From Mobula hypostoma (taxonomy: Eukaryota): a stretch of 64,000 nucleotides of DNA. The DNA lies in the NCBI RefSeq assembly GCF_963921235.1, contig NC_086097.1, positions 163,434,001 to 163,498,000 of the forward strand, read 5' to 3'. This document shows positions 60,601 through 64,000 of this stretch, one piece after another. The notes beneath the pieces are model-generated. The model was not told the origin of the DNA, made no database searches, and saw nothing but the letters and a program-made list of their open reading frames with translations. Every line of letters begins with the position of its first letter. The first letter of the stretch is position 1. A program made the translations under genes and the position numbers.

Positions 60601-63239
60601 CTCCATTTGTCCATTTCCCTTTATGCAGTTTTAACTTTCTATTAAAACCAAACAAACTGAGCAGCAGTGAGATTGGAACTAATATAACCTGTAAGTAATT
60701 ATACTTTTTTTTTATCAATATGTTGCTATTCCCATACCTATCTATTGTATAGTAATGCCTCTACCAGAGAGTGCACAAGACTGGTTGTTCTTGCAATTGG
60801 CCTCATTTGTTCCTCCTTCAGAATGAAGTAAGTAATTGATATCTGTTGAGGGCAGATACCAGAGGAGAGGCAAGCCCTTTCATACAATGTTCCAATGCAA
60901 GGAAGTTATTGGAAGCAAGGAGAGAGAATTAGAGAAACATTGGTGATATGTCAAAGGAAAGAAATGACCTTTTTGGTATCACACTTTGTCAAATGATGTT
61001 GATGTAAAAAACAATTAAATTAACTTTGCTTAAGTAACTATTCTGTCACAGTGAGTAATGAATTAATTAAATCATCCCAGAAAGGGTCCTGTTGTTTTGA
61101 AGTGTTGAAATCACCTTAATTAACAAATTGCTGAAGTACCTCTCCAAAGTACAACCATATTAATACTGACAGCTTGTACCAGACGTGGTGATTTAATAGG
61201 CTTTTATCTTACTTCACAAAACAAGGTATTTTACAATACAAATGTTAATGATTGTGAACCCCAGTCACTGCACAACCATTATTAGTCACAAATACACACA
61301 CTAACTAGTTTTGTATAACACATGACCTTCAAGCAGAGTGATAAATGATCTGCTGTGCTTGACATCAATAGACAACAACATGATCAGCACCGGTTCACTT
61401 AGTTGGAGTCTTTCATGCAGTGTGACGCGAAGTGAGAAGGTGAGTGAGAGTGAGAACCAGAGTTTAGAGAGATGATTGAAGGGCTGGTCCAAGTTGAAAG
61501 GAGAGGAAGAGGGATTTGGTAAAAAAAAAACTTCATAGCACAGAAGTGCAATGATTGAAGACTTCACGAATGATCTGTTGAAGCAGGAAATGAGTGAATC
61601 AGATACATTACAGCAGGTTTTGTGAAGTAGACCTTTTAGATTGCAAAGGTGGCATAGCTTATAAAGAGGCAAGGAATGGAGTCAGTCTTGGAAATGGACA
61701 AAATGAATAGCTTTTACAACTCAATTTTCTTCCCCTCTGAAGTCTGTTCTATTATTGAGCTTTTTAATGTCACACTACTACCAATTTCAGCATTTCAAAA
61801 TAATTTTGAAATCAGTGCACTGAGAGTTGGAAGTATGATGGGGATATCGGGCATGCTGAACTTATGCTGATGGGACGAATTGGATGTTCCTTAAAAGTGG
61901 AAATTCTGTGCACAAGTGTCTAGTCTGAAGGTGACCAGGCATGGACATGTGATAATTAGGAATGGCCATAAACTAATTAATGTATTGACAAGCACAGAAT
62001 GAGGAAAAGTAATAGAGGCAATGCTCAGTATTTTGGCATACATATAAGAGTTGATCACAAGCTTGTGGAGTTCATCACTGGAAAATGGGTTTTAAATGAG
62101 AAAAAAAAAGTAGCCAAGCTTTGGAGAATGCTAGAGATAGCTTTAATGGAATTGAATGAGAGGCCTCTATTGTGGAAATATCTGTAACTATCAATGGAGC
62201 CATGATTCATGTGATACGCAGCAGGAAGGATCCTGAATAATAACGTTGAGATGAAAGGAGTGGGTCATGCATTGTACTCTTAGTTCACAAAGGATAAAGA
62301 ACTTTGTAACTTGTGATGTTGACGAGTGTTCACTTTATTCAAGACAAAATGGAACTTGGGCAATAGTAGACTAAAGCAGTGGGAATATTGGGACAGGCAT
62401 AAGTAACAATAATCCCTCTGAGTAGTGGCAAGAAAAACTGTTTCATACCTTGTGCTAAGGTGATGCAGGTTATTGATAAGGGTGTTGAGGACAGTTTGGT
62501 GTTTGTCTTCAGAACTCCTGAAATTCTAGATTAACAGCTAAAGGCTGATGTTCTTCTGAGGAACATGAGGAATGTGTTTAATATCTTGGGTGAGAGTGAT
62601 AGATAGCAGAGATACCAATATAGGAGGCAACAGTAAGAGGAAGAGGGTAAAGTTTTTGGAAAAATAGGACAGTAAAGTTCAGAGCAGAAATGCAAGAGCA
62701 CAACATGATATTTTACTATTCCATTAATGGGCTGTGGATCTGATTCAGGGTTTTGACCTTTCTCCTATTGATCCTGTTGGACTTGCTGAGCTCCCCCAGA
62801 AGAATGTTTATTCCTTTACTTGTATTTCTTCTGGTAGCCAAGTTCTCATATTTAGTCGCATGCTTTATTTATGTCCCATTAATCTGGCTGGTTTGTAAGG
62901 GTGGGGGTGTGTGCGAGAGCAATGGGTGTTTGATAGTCAGTATGGACTTGTTGGGCTGAAGGCCTATTTCCCTGCATATGATTCTATGAATTCACAAGAG
63001 ATATATTTTCAGATTCTATTTAGATGGGAAATGCTTTGAAAGTTGTCCTCAGCTGAAGTTTAGAGAGGAGTGACTGTTAAACTACTGAAAATAACTGGTA
63101 TTTGAGAAACTGCAAAATATATCCTAAGAGGAAATTTGTTCCATTTTTACGAAGGACAAATTTGGAACAGGTTAAACAATTAGCATCAAAACTGTGCTCA
63201 GAAACTGGACTACAGGGAAGCAATTGGACAGATATCTAT

Positions 63240-63460
63240 TATCAGAATCAGGTTTATTATCACCGGCATATGTTGTGAAATTTGTTAACTTAGCAGCAGC
63301 AGTTCAATGCAATACATAAAAAAATAAATAAATTACAGTACACGTATATTGAGTAGATTAAAAATAGTGCAAAAAACAGAAATAATATATATTAAAAAAG
63401 TGAGGTAGTGCCCAAGGGTTGAATGTTCATTTAGGAATTGAAAGGCAGAGGGGAAGAAAT
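63240..63460 (-). mobile_element. Rex1-type tail fragment
   Basis: Near-identical to 39075-39320, with the same end point (ggcagagggga). Confidence 0.85.
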
Positions 63461-64000
63461 GCATCTTGATCAACACTTGATAATACAATATCACCATAGT
63501 ATCTAGAGAAAAACTCCTCCTCAGAATCTTCTTTCGCTCACCAAACCCGGAAAGTAAACCATCAAAGACATATCAGTGAAATCTTCCAGCCCTCAGTTCT
63601 TTATTGTATATTGTTATTCACTGGCTCTTCATTTACCTCTTTATATACAATGTTAGTCACTTAAAAGATTGAGTGACAATATCTTTCTTTCTCAGGAAGC
63701 GCAGTTTAAATGCAGTCAGGACTAATGAACTTCAGTCTCCTTACAATGTCTGCTGAAAAGATGCCAAATTGAATACACTGAGATAGTTCTTTATGGAAGT
63801 ATGCTTGGGTCACTGGACTGGCTATGGGGAAAGAGCAGGGGCGTGGGTCTAATTAGACAGCTCTTTTAAAGAGTCAGCACAGGAACTGTGGTTTTAAATC
63901 TCTTTCCTGTGCTGTAGTCTAATAACGAGCAAAAATGACTCATCTCTGAAATTAGACAAAAAGCATTGATTTGAGCAGTTAGCGTTATTGGTTATTCTTT

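Noticed and set aside
61300..61680. 123-aa minus-strand ORF
   Set aside because: No domain or splice support; may be an eroded repeat, but I cannot assign a family.
9056..62830. Recurrent gatgctgcctgacctgctgag motif as a CRISPR-like array
   Set aside because: Copies are dispersed on both strands with irregular spacing in a eukaryotic context; no cas genes.

Overview
This is AT-rich eukaryotic non-coding DNA, dominated by transposable elements. The repeat families present (CR1/HER1-type LINEs, V-domain and Deu-domain SINEs, Rex1/Babar, Penelope, RTE, Tc1, Tigger, Mag-type Gypsy) point to a cartilaginous fish, probably a ray; this is inference from family recognition. I see no intact host protein-coding gene, rRNA, tRNA or CRISPR. 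Almost every ORF with recognisable motifs is a broken retroelement fragment. The best-resolved structures are: (1) a 3.7 kb Gypsy/Mag LTR element (5037-8721, LTRs, PBS, PPT, 5-bp TSD) inserted just after the start codon of a Tc1 transposase; (2) a solo LTR of the same family (46726-46954); (3) a near-full-length CR1 with esterase ORF1 (15487-19339) nested in a Rex1 tail; (4) a Poseidon-type Penelope element with a hammerhead-ribozyme remnant; (5) about 15 short Penelope-tail repeats, several with decayed minimal hammerhead cores; (6) a CpG-rich Tigger MITE resembling mammalian MER2. The repeat-free islands contain homeodomain/SOX/FOX-motif-dense blocks (candidate enhancers) and a few weak minus-strand exon candidates. 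I cannot support a wholly new biological system from sequence alone. Family names come from recalled motifs, not database searches, and boundaries of old repeats are approximate.
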